64,000 nucleotides of DNA from contig JAGBZX010000001.1 in assembly GCA_017628025.1 (NCBI GenBank), positions 1,268 through 65,267 of the forward strand, given 5' to 3'. Below the pieces are notes generated by a model. It saw nothing but the letters and a program-made list of their open reading frames with translations. It had not been told where the DNA came from and made no database searches. This DNA is from Kiritimatiellia bacterium. Lineage in GTDB: Bacteria; Verrucomicrobiota; Kiritimatiellia; RFP12; UBA1067. Below are positions 29,201 to 36,425 of the stretch, in pieces (positions within the stretch are counted from its first letter, which is position 1; the number at the start of each line of letters is the position of its first letter). The position numbers were made by a program, and so were the translations under genes.

Positions 29201-29628
29201 GCCTCTGCGCTATTAGCTTCAGCTTTTACCTCAGTAGCAGCAACCTCTTCTACTTTAGGAGCAGGCTCTTCAGAAGCTTGAACTGCTTGAGTAGCAACGG
29301 CTTCAGGCGCCTTCTCAACTAAAGGCTCGGAAGCTACTGCTTCTTGAGCAGGAACTTCTTCTACCTTCTGTGCGACTTGAGTTTCTGCAGGAGCAGCAAC
29401 TTGCTCAACAGCAACTTCTTGAGCAGGAGCCTCTGCCTGAGGCTTAGCAGCTGTCTCCTCCGCAACTTGTGCGGCAGGCTGAGGCGCAGCTTCTTGCGCC
29501 TTTTCTGCAGGCTTGCCCTCTAAATCTTTAAGTAAATCGTCAAGGTCATCTTGAGCGAAAATACAATGCGTAACTACCAAGCCGAACGCGGCTGCGGCAA
29601 CTGCACTTATGTTCCTAAGGTTTGTCAT
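26239..29628 (-). CDS. Outer-membrane secretin (PilQ/GspD family), unusually long
   Basis: C-terminal secretin signature IPFLGDIPIIGRFFRSHSELTSKRNLLIFVTTRLV. Signal peptide from ATG 29628 (MTNLRNISAVAAAAFGLVVTHCIFA); the track start is GTG 29637. An A/E/P/Q/V-rich ~160-aa N-terminal region is followed by TPR-like helices and N/T/G/S-rich insertions. Confidence 0.9.
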   Translation of the reverse strand: MTNLRNISAVAAAAFGLVVTHCIFAQDDLDDLLKDLEGKPAEKAQEAAPQPAAQVAEETAAKPQAEAPAQEVAVEQVAAPAETQVAQKVEEVPAQEAVASEPLVEKAPEAVATQAVQASEEPAPKVEEVAATEVKAEANSAEAVISLLDELKNEGEQVKAEPEEKVAAPQVAAKEPKSPVSVASQAAPVSSSVQIVDGGADAELLRNIYETEKQRRDAFDAQAKREVEAARQAMFKEQYADAIRHYVNAQQFLNDSPRMKSFLTEADQGIAEGLFRYAIEEDRVGRREKAIKLMEKAVDYRHPKARRQLEVWLNADDPDAYKTDISEIKHRQNDDDYKKMRDEQRAHLRRARQFLATYEIEKALVECEIVLKADPYNKEALAVRQSILKKRGVILKKEREITRKGMIDDVDEKWRPVYAPNARQLEEVESKTIKKILGADDERSPEQVLTKRMQDMILPTVEFKPPATISDAVDFFRDAARDYDNPEIPIEKRGFGMILRTPKQMFAQTATDDGGSDDFSDEGNDTQETAQAQGLPVIPNIAVNNISFYEALKLVCESVGYKFKVQGSIVTVMEKSMTSDEMVTRSYPVLASFLDKMGNAASEMREMQAAGAFGGGTKKNDEGEENQERDWKEFFRMMGVDWPEGSSIFYLKTLGKLRVKNTRDNLVDFEDALNELNVDQRLIEIETRFVEVCQDDLNSLGFEWLLNSDYTLGVNRKLGRILGLQNGAWGERTSSTQLTQSETTGQTTLNGSTLTKFDGQNTTTINNNSTIYNGQFAGNRWTTGEGGGRNMGINAINGTDYSNGNRYLSTVGNHISGQSNSNNDQFMRVNAFLGSADVSMILHMLSQRSDTDLLSSPKVLTRPGEEAIIKVVTEYIYPTDYDVQLSSSSSGSSGYGSSSSGNSSVLAIVEPQSFSTREVGVILDVTPTLTDDGNLIDLELDTQVVDEPTWKNYGMKIPYSGNSSLTSFQGLGEIFGGLASIFSVLGSAISPDLKQSMAQQATDSATAAMQSLSNTDGNMTYYDVPMEQPFFHTRQINTKVSVYPGATIVMGGLITEARKAMDDKIPFLGDIPIIGRFFRSHSELTSKRNLLIFVTTRLVDTRGREVEINAEDKTNAEVKAAPELSAEVE

Positions 29629-29657
29629 ACGATACACTTCTCCAATAAGATTTTGTT

Positions 29658-29686
29658 ATTATACTATTATTTCCCTCAAGTTTCAA
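29658..29686 (-). promoter_or_regulatory. Internal sigma70-type promoter in front of the secretin gene
   Basis: Minus strand TTGAAA (29686..29681, overlapping the upstream stop codon), 17-nt spacer, TATAAT (29663..29658), 29 nt before ATG 29628. Confidence 0.5.
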
Positions 29687-30770
29687 GTGTCTTTAATGTT
29701 TTAACCTCTTTGGTTAGCACATCCTCAAGCTCTACAATAGCCTCTTTTGAAGCCCTTTTTACAGCTTTGATTCTATATTTTGCACCATTAAGATTTATTA
29801 TATCTCCTGGCACAACAATAAACTCTTTTATCCCTCGCCTATCATAAACGAGTTTCGCCTGCACATCAACGGGCTTCTTCTTCTCGCCAACACGAAGAAC
29901 AATTATGCGTTTATCAGCGATTCTTTCGATAGTTGTTTCGGAAATATCGATCTCGCGTTCCATCTTATTACCACCTTTAATGGTGCGTCTTTCGCTCTTC
30001 TTTTCGTAGCTCTTAACGATAAAGCCTGTTTTGCCAATTTCTTGATCCTGAAGTACTTTATACTCCAAACCCTTCTGGCCATACGCGCCCTTCTTTGATG
30101 GATCACGGAAGTAGAATCTATACTTGCCGCCAGGGATTGGTAGAACCTTCTCGAAATAAAACGGCAGAACCGTCTCTCTAAGAGGAGATTCAAGCCTGAG
30201 CGAATCGAGATAGTCTGGATGAGACAACTTGCCGGAAGGATCAGTCTTTGCAAGAAACTCCTCATAATTTGAAAAGCCGTCACCATCTAAATCGAGATCT
30301 CGGTCATCGAGATTAGGATTGAGCGAGTGCTTCTTTTCATAATCATCTGTCATGCCGTCGTTATCAGTATCAGAGGGCGCGGCAACAACTTTGGGCTGCT
30401 CTTTACCGCAAAACGAACAGATGTCACTACCTGGGACTATCGGCTTTTGGCAAAGCTCGCAATAGACTCTGGCTGCGGAGACGAGGTAGCTGCCGCGCTG
30501 GTCGTCAACCTCTGTAAGTTTCTGAGGAGAAACAAAGTTCTTGACTGCGCGCGTGTAAGGCTGCATATCAAGCGCTTTCACCCCTGTCTTGGTTTTAGCG
30601 CGGATTGTATCAAGGCGACGAAGCGTAGAAGCGGCTTCCTCATCAGGATTCTTATCTACACTTGAAATATAAAACACTAAAGCACCCGCAACCAGAGCAA
30701 ACGCTCCAGCGGCAACAAGCCAGTGCCACTGCTTTGAAACAAAACTTTCTGAAGCACCACGGTTTATCAT
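29676..30770 (-). CDS. Membrane-anchored zinc-ribbon / TSP3-motif protein of the secretin cluster (hypothetical; Amuc_1099 position)
   Basis: TM helix WHWLVAAGAFALVAGALVFYISS. Zn ribbon CELCQKPIVPGSDICSFCG. Calcium-type motifs DTDNDGMTDDYE and DLDGDGFSNYEEFL. ATG shares a base with the upstream stop (TAATG). Confidence 0.7.
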   Translation of the reverse strand: MINRGASESFVSKQWHWLVAAGAFALVAGALVFYISSVDKNPDEEAASTLRRLDTIRAKTKTGVKALDMQPYTRAVKNFVSPQKLTEVDDQRGSYLVSAARVYCELCQKPIVPGSDICSFCGKEQPKVVAAPSDTDNDGMTDDYEKKHSLNPNLDDRDLDLDGDGFSNYEEFLAKTDPSGKLSHPDYLDSLRLESPLRETVLPFYFEKVLPIPGGKYRFYFRDPSKKGAYGQKGLEYKVLQDQEIGKTGFIVKSYEKKSERRTIKGGNKMEREIDISETTIERIADKRIIVLRVGEKKKPVDVQAKLVYDRRGIKEFIVVPGDIINLNGAKYRIKAVKRASKEAIVELEDVLTKEVKTLKTLET

Positions 30771-31801
30771 TACTCAACCTCCTGCTTTTCTTCGCTTAAT
30801 TCAGCAGCCTTTGGAGCGCCTGCAGTACCAAAATCACACGTTACTAGCGTAAGTTTAACTGTAAATGGCGTCTCTGTGCGAGGCTCGATAACAAAGCCTT
30901 TTTTCTTTATGGGAGTTGCACCCTCGTTAACAGCTTCTGCCTCAACTGCCTGACGGCGGCCACGTCTTGATTTGCGAGCCCCCTTACCGTCTGCTGGCTT
31001 AGCGCTGTCACCTGCGATGGCAGCCGCGATTAAATCTGTCTGCCTAGCAAACTCTAGGCTATCAACTATTACAAATCTCTTTGACGCTTGGAGTTCGTTA
31101 AGAATCTTAATTAGTGAGTTTGGCTTTGCAGTAAGCTCAATCATATATTTCTCTTCTACACAAAGAGGAACTTCTTGAACGCTCTTGTCCTTGCCACGAG
31201 CCTGACGACGAGGCTGCTCGTCCTGAACTTGTGGGGCAGGAGCCTGACTAAGAACATCAATTCTTAAAATTTCAGAAACTTCTGCACGAGCAAAGATTCC
31301 AATGAAAAGCGTAATATCTGCCCACTGCTTTTGAAGCGCGGCAAGCCTCTCGCGTGGAGGGAGGTTGCCTTCTGTAATATACTGAGGGAAACCAAATCCA
31401 AATCCGCTTTTAACAAGCGCACCCTTCGCACCATCCTCTAACCCGGCAATTCCAGGAAGCTTTGAAAACTCCCTGGCATCATCTACCATCTTCTGCTTGA
31501 ACGATGCTTCATTCATAGCAGAGTTTGCAGACATATCACCGACCGAAGCCTCTGCGCGTGCCGACTCAAACCAATTTGATAAGACAGTATAGTTTTCTTT
31601 TAACGCTTTCTCTGATTCCTGCGTAGGAGAGATTTCCGCCTTTGAGTATTTGCGGAAAGTCCCTTCAGCCATCATAAGCGACTCATCGAGCTCAGCCTTC
31701 TCGGAAAGTGCCGAAAGAACCATTACTATCGCCACCACTACGACAACAGCAACGATGCCGCCAATCGAAAGCATTATAATTTTATTTTTTGTAAATTTCA
31801 T
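30770..31801 (-). CDS. Amuc_1100-like pilus-associated membrane protein (PilO-position)
   Basis: N-terminal TM (IIMLSIGGIVAVVVVVAIVMVLSAL). Strings SEKAELDESL...KAEISPTQESEKALKEN, RFVIVDSLEFARQ and FTVKLTLVTCDF resemble my recollection of A. muciniphila Amuc_1100. It sits between a PilM-like gene and the secretin. Confidence 0.5.
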   Translation of the reverse strand: MKFTKNKIIMLSIGGIVAVVVVVAIVMVLSALSEKAELDESLMMAEGTFRKYSKAEISPTQESEKALKENYTVLSNWFESARAEASVGDMSANSAMNEASFKQKMVDDAREFSKLPGIAGLEDGAKGALVKSGFGFGFPQYITEGNLPPRERLAALQKQWADITLFIGIFARAEVSEILRIDVLSQAPAPQVQDEQPRRQARGKDKSVQEVPLCVEEKYMIELTAKPNSLIKILNELQASKRFVIVDSLEFARQTDLIAAAIAGDSAKPADGKGARKSRRGRRQAVEAEAVNEGATPIKKKGFVIEPRTETPFTVKLTLVTCDFGTAGAPKAAELSEEKQEVE

Positions 31802-33462
31802 TTCGACTCTCCTTCCGCGGATTTGCCGAACTCAAGAGTCACGACGAACTGCGAGATTGTATCGCCAATCATGCTCATTTCGGCTATTTTCACAGATTGA
31901 GCGACTACTTCGTTTGAGGCTTTAAGACGCTCTAAAACTATCTCGGAGGCTGTTGACTTGCCAGTGCCTTTTGTCTTATCGACTATCGCCTTCATGTCGT
32001 CTGCCCAGCCGCGCACAGTTACGCGAGCTGCTCTGCGCGTCGAAGACTTAACAGGAGACGAAGCCCATTTCTCTATCCACATACCATCAGAGAGAGCTCT
32101 TCTAAAGACTGCAATATCAGATACTGCACTTGCGCGGCGAGTAAGAAGCTCATTAAAATCTGATGCTTTCTTTGCCATCACGTCAAGTTCTTCTTTAGCC
32201 TTTGTAACTTTTAAATCTACCTTTTTGATAGTGCTAGCTCTATTTAAAACATTCTGGAGAGTAACATCGGCTACTTCCTTTGAATGATTAACTGCCATAA
32301 TGCACAACACAGATGCTGTTATAGCCAACACTCCTGCAATTGCAACAATTGGAAGTTTAGCTACATCTGCTCTAGCACTTACAAGAGAAGGTGGCAAAAG
32401 ATTAACAGTTCCAGCCTTTGAAGTTTGCGCTTTAATAGCTAGACCAGTTACTGGACCTAACTGCAATGCGTCAGCGGCAAGCTGATCTTCGTCTGCATTA
32501 GTTGGCGACTGAACGATACTAAATGGATTAAAGAGTTCTACTTCTATTTGAAGAGATTCCGCAAAGAACTCATCTATCTGCGGCAAAAGCGCCGTTCCAC
32601 CAGTAAGATAAAACTTAACTGGCACGCCGCCGCCTTGCTGACTACGATAGAAGTTTATTGAGCGCGAAATTTCCGCTGTAAGACGAGTTAACACAGAGCG
32701 GCAAATCTTTGAAAGTTTATCTACGCTCTCGTCTTCATCTTCAGCGACACCGCCCAAAGATACATATGCTCTCTCACGCTTAAAAGCTTCTGCCTCTTCA
32801 ATTGAACAACCAAAAGCAGAGGCTATCTCGCGTGTAATGGTGTTGCCTGCTACGGGAATTGATCTATCGTAAATCTTATCTCCCTCAGCAATAACTAGTG
32901 AAGAGGTCTTGGCGCCGATATCAAGAATAACGACACAACCTTCTTCTGACAGGCTGGCATTAACTGCATTAGTTAGAGCCAATGAAGATACTTCAACAGA
33001 TTCTGCTTGAAAACCTGCCGCATTTACCGCCGCGCAGACTGCTTCTGATAAATCAGTTTTAACTGCAACAATAATTACATTCTTATCTCCGCTAGCGCTT
33101 TCGCCAAGAACTTGATAATCGCAGACCATCTCGTCGATTGGGAAGGGAATGTTCTGCTCAATTTCGTAACGAACTAATTGATCAAAGCGATCTTGACCGC
33201 CTGTAAACGGGATAGACGCAAATTTTGTAAATGCAGCCTGTCCTGATAAGGATATTGAAACTGGCCCGGGCTTAATGCCGCGCGCTTTACACATCTCTTC
33301 AAGGACAGATGTTAGTAGAACCGCATCTTCTACCGTATCTGCCGGACCTGGCAACTGCTCAATAGCATAATTCACAAGTTGAGCGCCATTAGCGCCCACA
33401 TTGAATTCGGCGAGCTTGAGCGTCGACGCGCCGATATCAAGTATCAATTTTCTTTTAGCCAT
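31798..33462 (-). CDS. pilM: Type IV pilus assembly protein PilM fused to a PilN-like transmembrane/periplasmic region
   Basis: Start at ATG 33462 (MAKRKLILDIGASTLKLAEF), 1 nt after the upstream stop. Actin-like ATPase motifs VILDIGAKTSSLVI and FYLTGGTALLPQIDEFF. TM LPIVAIAGVLAITASVLCIMAV, then ~170 aa. Confidence 0.85.
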   Translation of the reverse strand: MAKRKLILDIGASTLKLAEFNVGANGAQLVNYAIEQLPGPADTVEDAVLLTSVLEEMCKARGIKPGPVSISLSGQAAFTKFASIPFTGGQDRFDQLVRYEIEQNIPFPIDEMVCDYQVLGESASGDKNVIIVAVKTDLSEAVCAAVNAAGFQAESVEVSSLALTNAVNASLSEEGCVVILDIGAKTSSLVIAEGDKIYDRSIPVAGNTITREIASAFGCSIEEAEAFKRERAYVSLGGVAEDEDESVDKLSKICRSVLTRLTAEISRSINFYRSQQGGGVPVKFYLTGGTALLPQIDEFFAESLQIEVELFNPFSIVQSPTNADEDQLAADALQLGPVTGLAIKAQTSKAGTVNLLPPSLVSARADVAKLPIVAIAGVLAITASVLCIMAVNHSKEVADVTLQNVLNRASTIKKVDLKVTKAKEELDVMAKKASDFNELLTRRASAVSDIAVFRRALSDGMWIEKWASSPVKSSTRRAARVTVRGWADDMKAIVDKTKGTGKSTASEIVLERLKASNEVVAQSVKIAEMSMIGDTISQFVVTLEFGKSAEGESK

Positions 33463-33463
33463 A

Positions 33464-34207
33464 TCACTGCACCACCTGCTCGTAGTCATTGGGGTTAACA
33501 AGTGCCCAGATTGTCTTGGATCTATCTAAGAGACCTTGACGTTGTTCAACGGTGCGTTCACCGTTTTCATTCTGGTGCTCCATAATGTTTTTATCATTCC
33601 AAAATGCCTCTTCAATTGATTTTGGATGTGCCTTGATGCCTTTAATTTCGCTGACAACATCACCAGCGACCATCTCGCCTTTTTGATTCGTCACAACAAT
33701 ACCGATTGCCTTTGGCTCACCAAAGCGCTCAAGGCATGCTGGTGGCAAGCAAACGGACGCTGCGTGCGTACCTCTGGGGATGTTCAAGTAAGAAACCGAA
33801 ACTGTGTAATACGAATAAGGTGCAATCTTTTGTGTATTATCTTTTTCTGTTGCACTCTTTGTCTCGAGCATCACGTGCCAAGTAAAGTTGAGCTGATCAG
33901 TCCATCTATCGAATGTCTGATACTTCGCCTCAAGAACAATCCACTTGCGAGATGATGCCTTTTGATAAACATTGTTACCGATGGATGTTGCTCCACCAAT
34001 TTGTGGAGCTGGTAACGTTGAAGCGCGTCCAGTTCTGGGGAATTGCTCAATACGAACAAGCCCAGCTTGAGGGCTTACCTGTTCGCGATAAGCTGCACCC
34101 GTACCATGGCGCCCTTTGACTTTGACGCTACGCGTCGAATTGGCATAGACATGCGCGGCCATCGCCACCGAGAGTATTATCACAATCGCTTTTTTCATAT
34201 GCTTCAT
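33464..34207 (-). CDS. Secreted protein, first gene of the secretin/PilM cluster (hypothetical; Amuc_1102 position)
   Basis: Signal peptide (M)KKAIVIILSVAMAAHVYA. ATG 34198 has better SD spacing than ATG 34207. I recognise no domain. Confidence 0.6.
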   Translation of the reverse strand: MKHMKKAIVIILSVAMAAHVYANSTRSVKVKGRHGTGAAYREQVSPQAGLVRIEQFPRTGRASTLPAPQIGGATSIGNNVYQKASSRKWIVLEAKYQTFDRWTDQLNFTWHVMLETKSATEKDNTQKIAPYSYYTVSVSYLNIPRGTHAASVCLPPACLERFGEPKAIGIVVTNQKGEMVAGDVVSEIKGIKAHPKSIEEAFWNDKNIMEHQNENGERTVEQRQGLLDRSKTIWALVNPNDYEQVVQ

Positions 34208-34235
34208 CTCCTTTTGCCAAGGGTCACCCCTATAC

Positions 34236-35312
34236 TTACAAAACTTTCATTTTTGGTAAATCCTGAATATCAACTAACCCGACAACTTTGCCGTCAGAAT
34301 TTACAACCGGCAAATCATCGATATGTTTCTTTTCAAATATCTTAAGAAGCTCCACCGCGAACACATCGTCTCTGACGAAAAGCGGCGAGGGCGTCATAAA
34401 TAAATTAATCGTCAATGATGTGAATTTCTCGCCTGACAAATCTTCTCTTGTAAGAGCGCGGCGGAAATCTCCATCTGTAAAAATACCTAAAAGCTTGCCG
34501 CTATCATCAATAACTATCGCCGAGCCTGATTGCGCTTTAGTCATCGCAACTGCCGCGTCCATAATCGTGGCCGACTGCTTAAGTAGAGCCAACCTCTGAC
34601 CGGTGCGCATAATATCAGTTACTTTCATAACTAACGCTCTACCTATGGCACCAGCTGGATGGTTCATCGCATAATCCTCGATAGGGAATTTCTGCGCCTC
34701 AATCATAACCATCGCCAGCGCATCACCCATCGCCATCGTAGATGTCGTGGAATTAGTAGGCGCCATACCGAATGGGCAAGCCTCTTTGCCACATGGTATT
34801 TCAAGATGAACATCGCTCATCCTGGCAATCGTAGAATTTGAGTTGCCTGTCAACGAGACGACCTTTAATGTGTGCCTTCTGATAGCAGGAATCAATTTGA
34901 TAATTTCATCTGACTCGCCACTAAAGGAAAGCGCGATTAAAAGATCTCGCGACGACACCATCCCCAAATCGCCGTGCATTGCTTGAACTGGATTAAGCAC
35001 AATTGACCTAGTTCCGGTCGATGAGAAAATTGCACTCATCTTTTCTGCCACATGGAAATTCTTACCAACTCCAGTGACAACAATAAGACCTCCCTTAGCA
35101 AGCGTTTCAAGCATCAATTTAATCGTTTTTACAAACGAATCGCCCAATGAATCGCGAACTGTCTTGAGGCCTTCAATCTCAACATCGAAAACCCTACGCG
35201 CCCGTGAAATCATTTCGTTTTCACTAAGCGCGAGGGTGCATGAATCTGAACATAACTTCTCCTGAAGGGCTTCGCCCTTCTTCGTGCTAAAGTTAGTATT
35301 GTTCAGACTCAT
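34236..35312 (-). CDS. kdsD: Arabinose-5-phosphate isomerase (KpsF/GutQ/KdsD family: SIS + 2 CBS)
   Basis: SIS motif VVTGVGKNFHVAEKMSAIFSSTG and tandem CBS C-terminus. Start set at ATG 35312 to avoid overlap with pta; the track start is a TTG at 35366. Confidence 0.85.
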   Translation of the reverse strand: MSLNNTNFSTKKGEALQEKLCSDSCTLALSENEMISRARRVFDVEIEGLKTVRDSLGDSFVKTIKLMLETLAKGGLIVVTGVGKNFHVAEKMSAIFSSTGTRSIVLNPVQAMHGDLGMVSSRDLLIALSFSGESDEIIKLIPAIRRHTLKVVSLTGNSNSTIARMSDVHLEIPCGKEACPFGMAPTNSTTSTMAMGDALAMVMIEAQKFPIEDYAMNHPAGAIGRALVMKVTDIMRTGQRLALLKQSATIMDAAVAMTKAQSGSAIVIDDSGKLLGIFTDGDFRRALTREDLSGEKFTSLTINLFMTPSPLFVRDDVFAVELLKIFEKKHIDDLPVVNSDGKVVGLVDIQDLPKMKVL

Positions 35313-35319
35313 TTTTGCT

Positions 35320-36357
35320 TTACTTGCTTTGGCTCTGCAAAAGTGTAACGCACGCCGTGCCAACAATGTCCTCGGCAGAACAACCGCGAGAAAGGTCGTT
35401 CATCGCTTTTGCCAAACCTTGAAGGTTCGGTCCAATAGCATCTGCTTCTCCAAGACGCTGTGCAATCTTGTAGCCGATGTTGCCGGCCTGGAGGTCCGGG
35501 AAAATAAAGACATTTGCATTGCCCTTAACTTCGCCATTAGGATTTTTTAGCTCACCAACCTGAGGAACAATCGCGGCATCAAACTGAAGCTCGCCGTCCA
35601 TCTTGATGCCCTTCTCAGCAAAGATAGGTTTGGCTAGTTCGACTGCCTTTTGAACCTTTTCAACCAATGGACCGCCTGCGGAACCCTTTGTAGAGAATGA
35701 AAGGTATGCTACTCTAGGTTCATTGCCGGTAAGGTCGCGATATGTCTCTGCTGTTGCTAGCCCAATATCCACGAGCTGTTCTGCTGTTGGATCAGGAATA
35801 ACCGCGCAGTCACCAAACGCTAAAACACTATCACCTGCAGGCGTAGGCTTTTTAAGATCCATAATAAAGCAGGACGAAGCAGTCTTGACGCCCTTCTGTG
35901 TGCCGAGCGTGTGGAATGCCGCGCGAAGCATATCGCCTGTAGAAGCAATAGAGCCAGCCACTAAACCGTTAACCTTGCCGAGCTTTACCATCATGCCACC
36001 AAAGTAAATGCGCTTAGTGCGAAGCGTATTTTCCGCAGTAGCAAGATCAATAATTTTCTGCTTTTCTGCTGGCTTTTTTGATTCCTTTGCATTCCAAGCT
36101 TCAAGATAAGCGCTTTCAAGTTCCGCATCACCTTTTGTGTAATCGATAACTTTGATATCGCGCTCAGCAAGTGAAAGACCTGCCTTGGCTTGAGCCGCTT
36201 CGATTTCTTCCGGAGTGCCAAGAACGATTGGCGTGCAGATTTTGCGGTCTACTAGCGCACAAGCTGCCGTAATAACGCGAGCATCCTGGCCCTCAGGAAG
36301 AACTATACTCCCATTAAGCTTCGACGCCTTTTCAATAATATTTTTTATAGCATCCAT
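35320..36357 (-). CDS. pta: Phosphate acetyltransferase (short form)
   Basis: 345 aa; PTA_PTB pattern including LSFSTKGSAGGP and GNANVFIFPDLQAGNIGYKIAQRL. Confidence 0.93.
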   Translation of the reverse strand: MDAIKNIIEKASKLNGSIVLPEGQDARVITAACALVDRKICTPIVLGTPEEIEAAQAKAGLSLAERDIKVIDYTKGDAELESAYLEAWNAKESKKPAEKQKIIDLATAENTLRTKRIYFGGMMVKLGKVNGLVAGSIASTGDMLRAAFHTLGTQKGVKTASSCFIMDLKKPTPAGDSVLAFGDCAVIPDPTAEQLVDIGLATAETYRDLTGNEPRVAYLSFSTKGSAGGPLVEKVQKAVELAKPIFAEKGIKMDGELQFDAAIVPQVGELKNPNGEVKGNANVFIFPDLQAGNIGYKIAQRLGEADAIGPNLQGLAKAMNDLSRGCSAEDIVGTACVTLLQSQSK

Positions 36358-36423
36358 AACTCCTAACTCCTAACTCTTAACTCCCAACTCCTAACTCTTA
36401 ACTCCTAACTCCTAACTTCTAGC
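36354..36423 (-). repeat. Tandem heptanucleotide repeat (GTTAGGA)n, 10 units, ackA-pta spacer
   Basis: Minus strand: GCTAGAA GTTAGGA GTTAGGA GTTAAGA GTTAGGA GTTGGGA GTTAAGA GTTAGGA GTTAGGA GTTATGG. The last unit contains the pta ATG (36357..36355). Confidence 0.92.
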
Positions 36424-36425
36424 CC

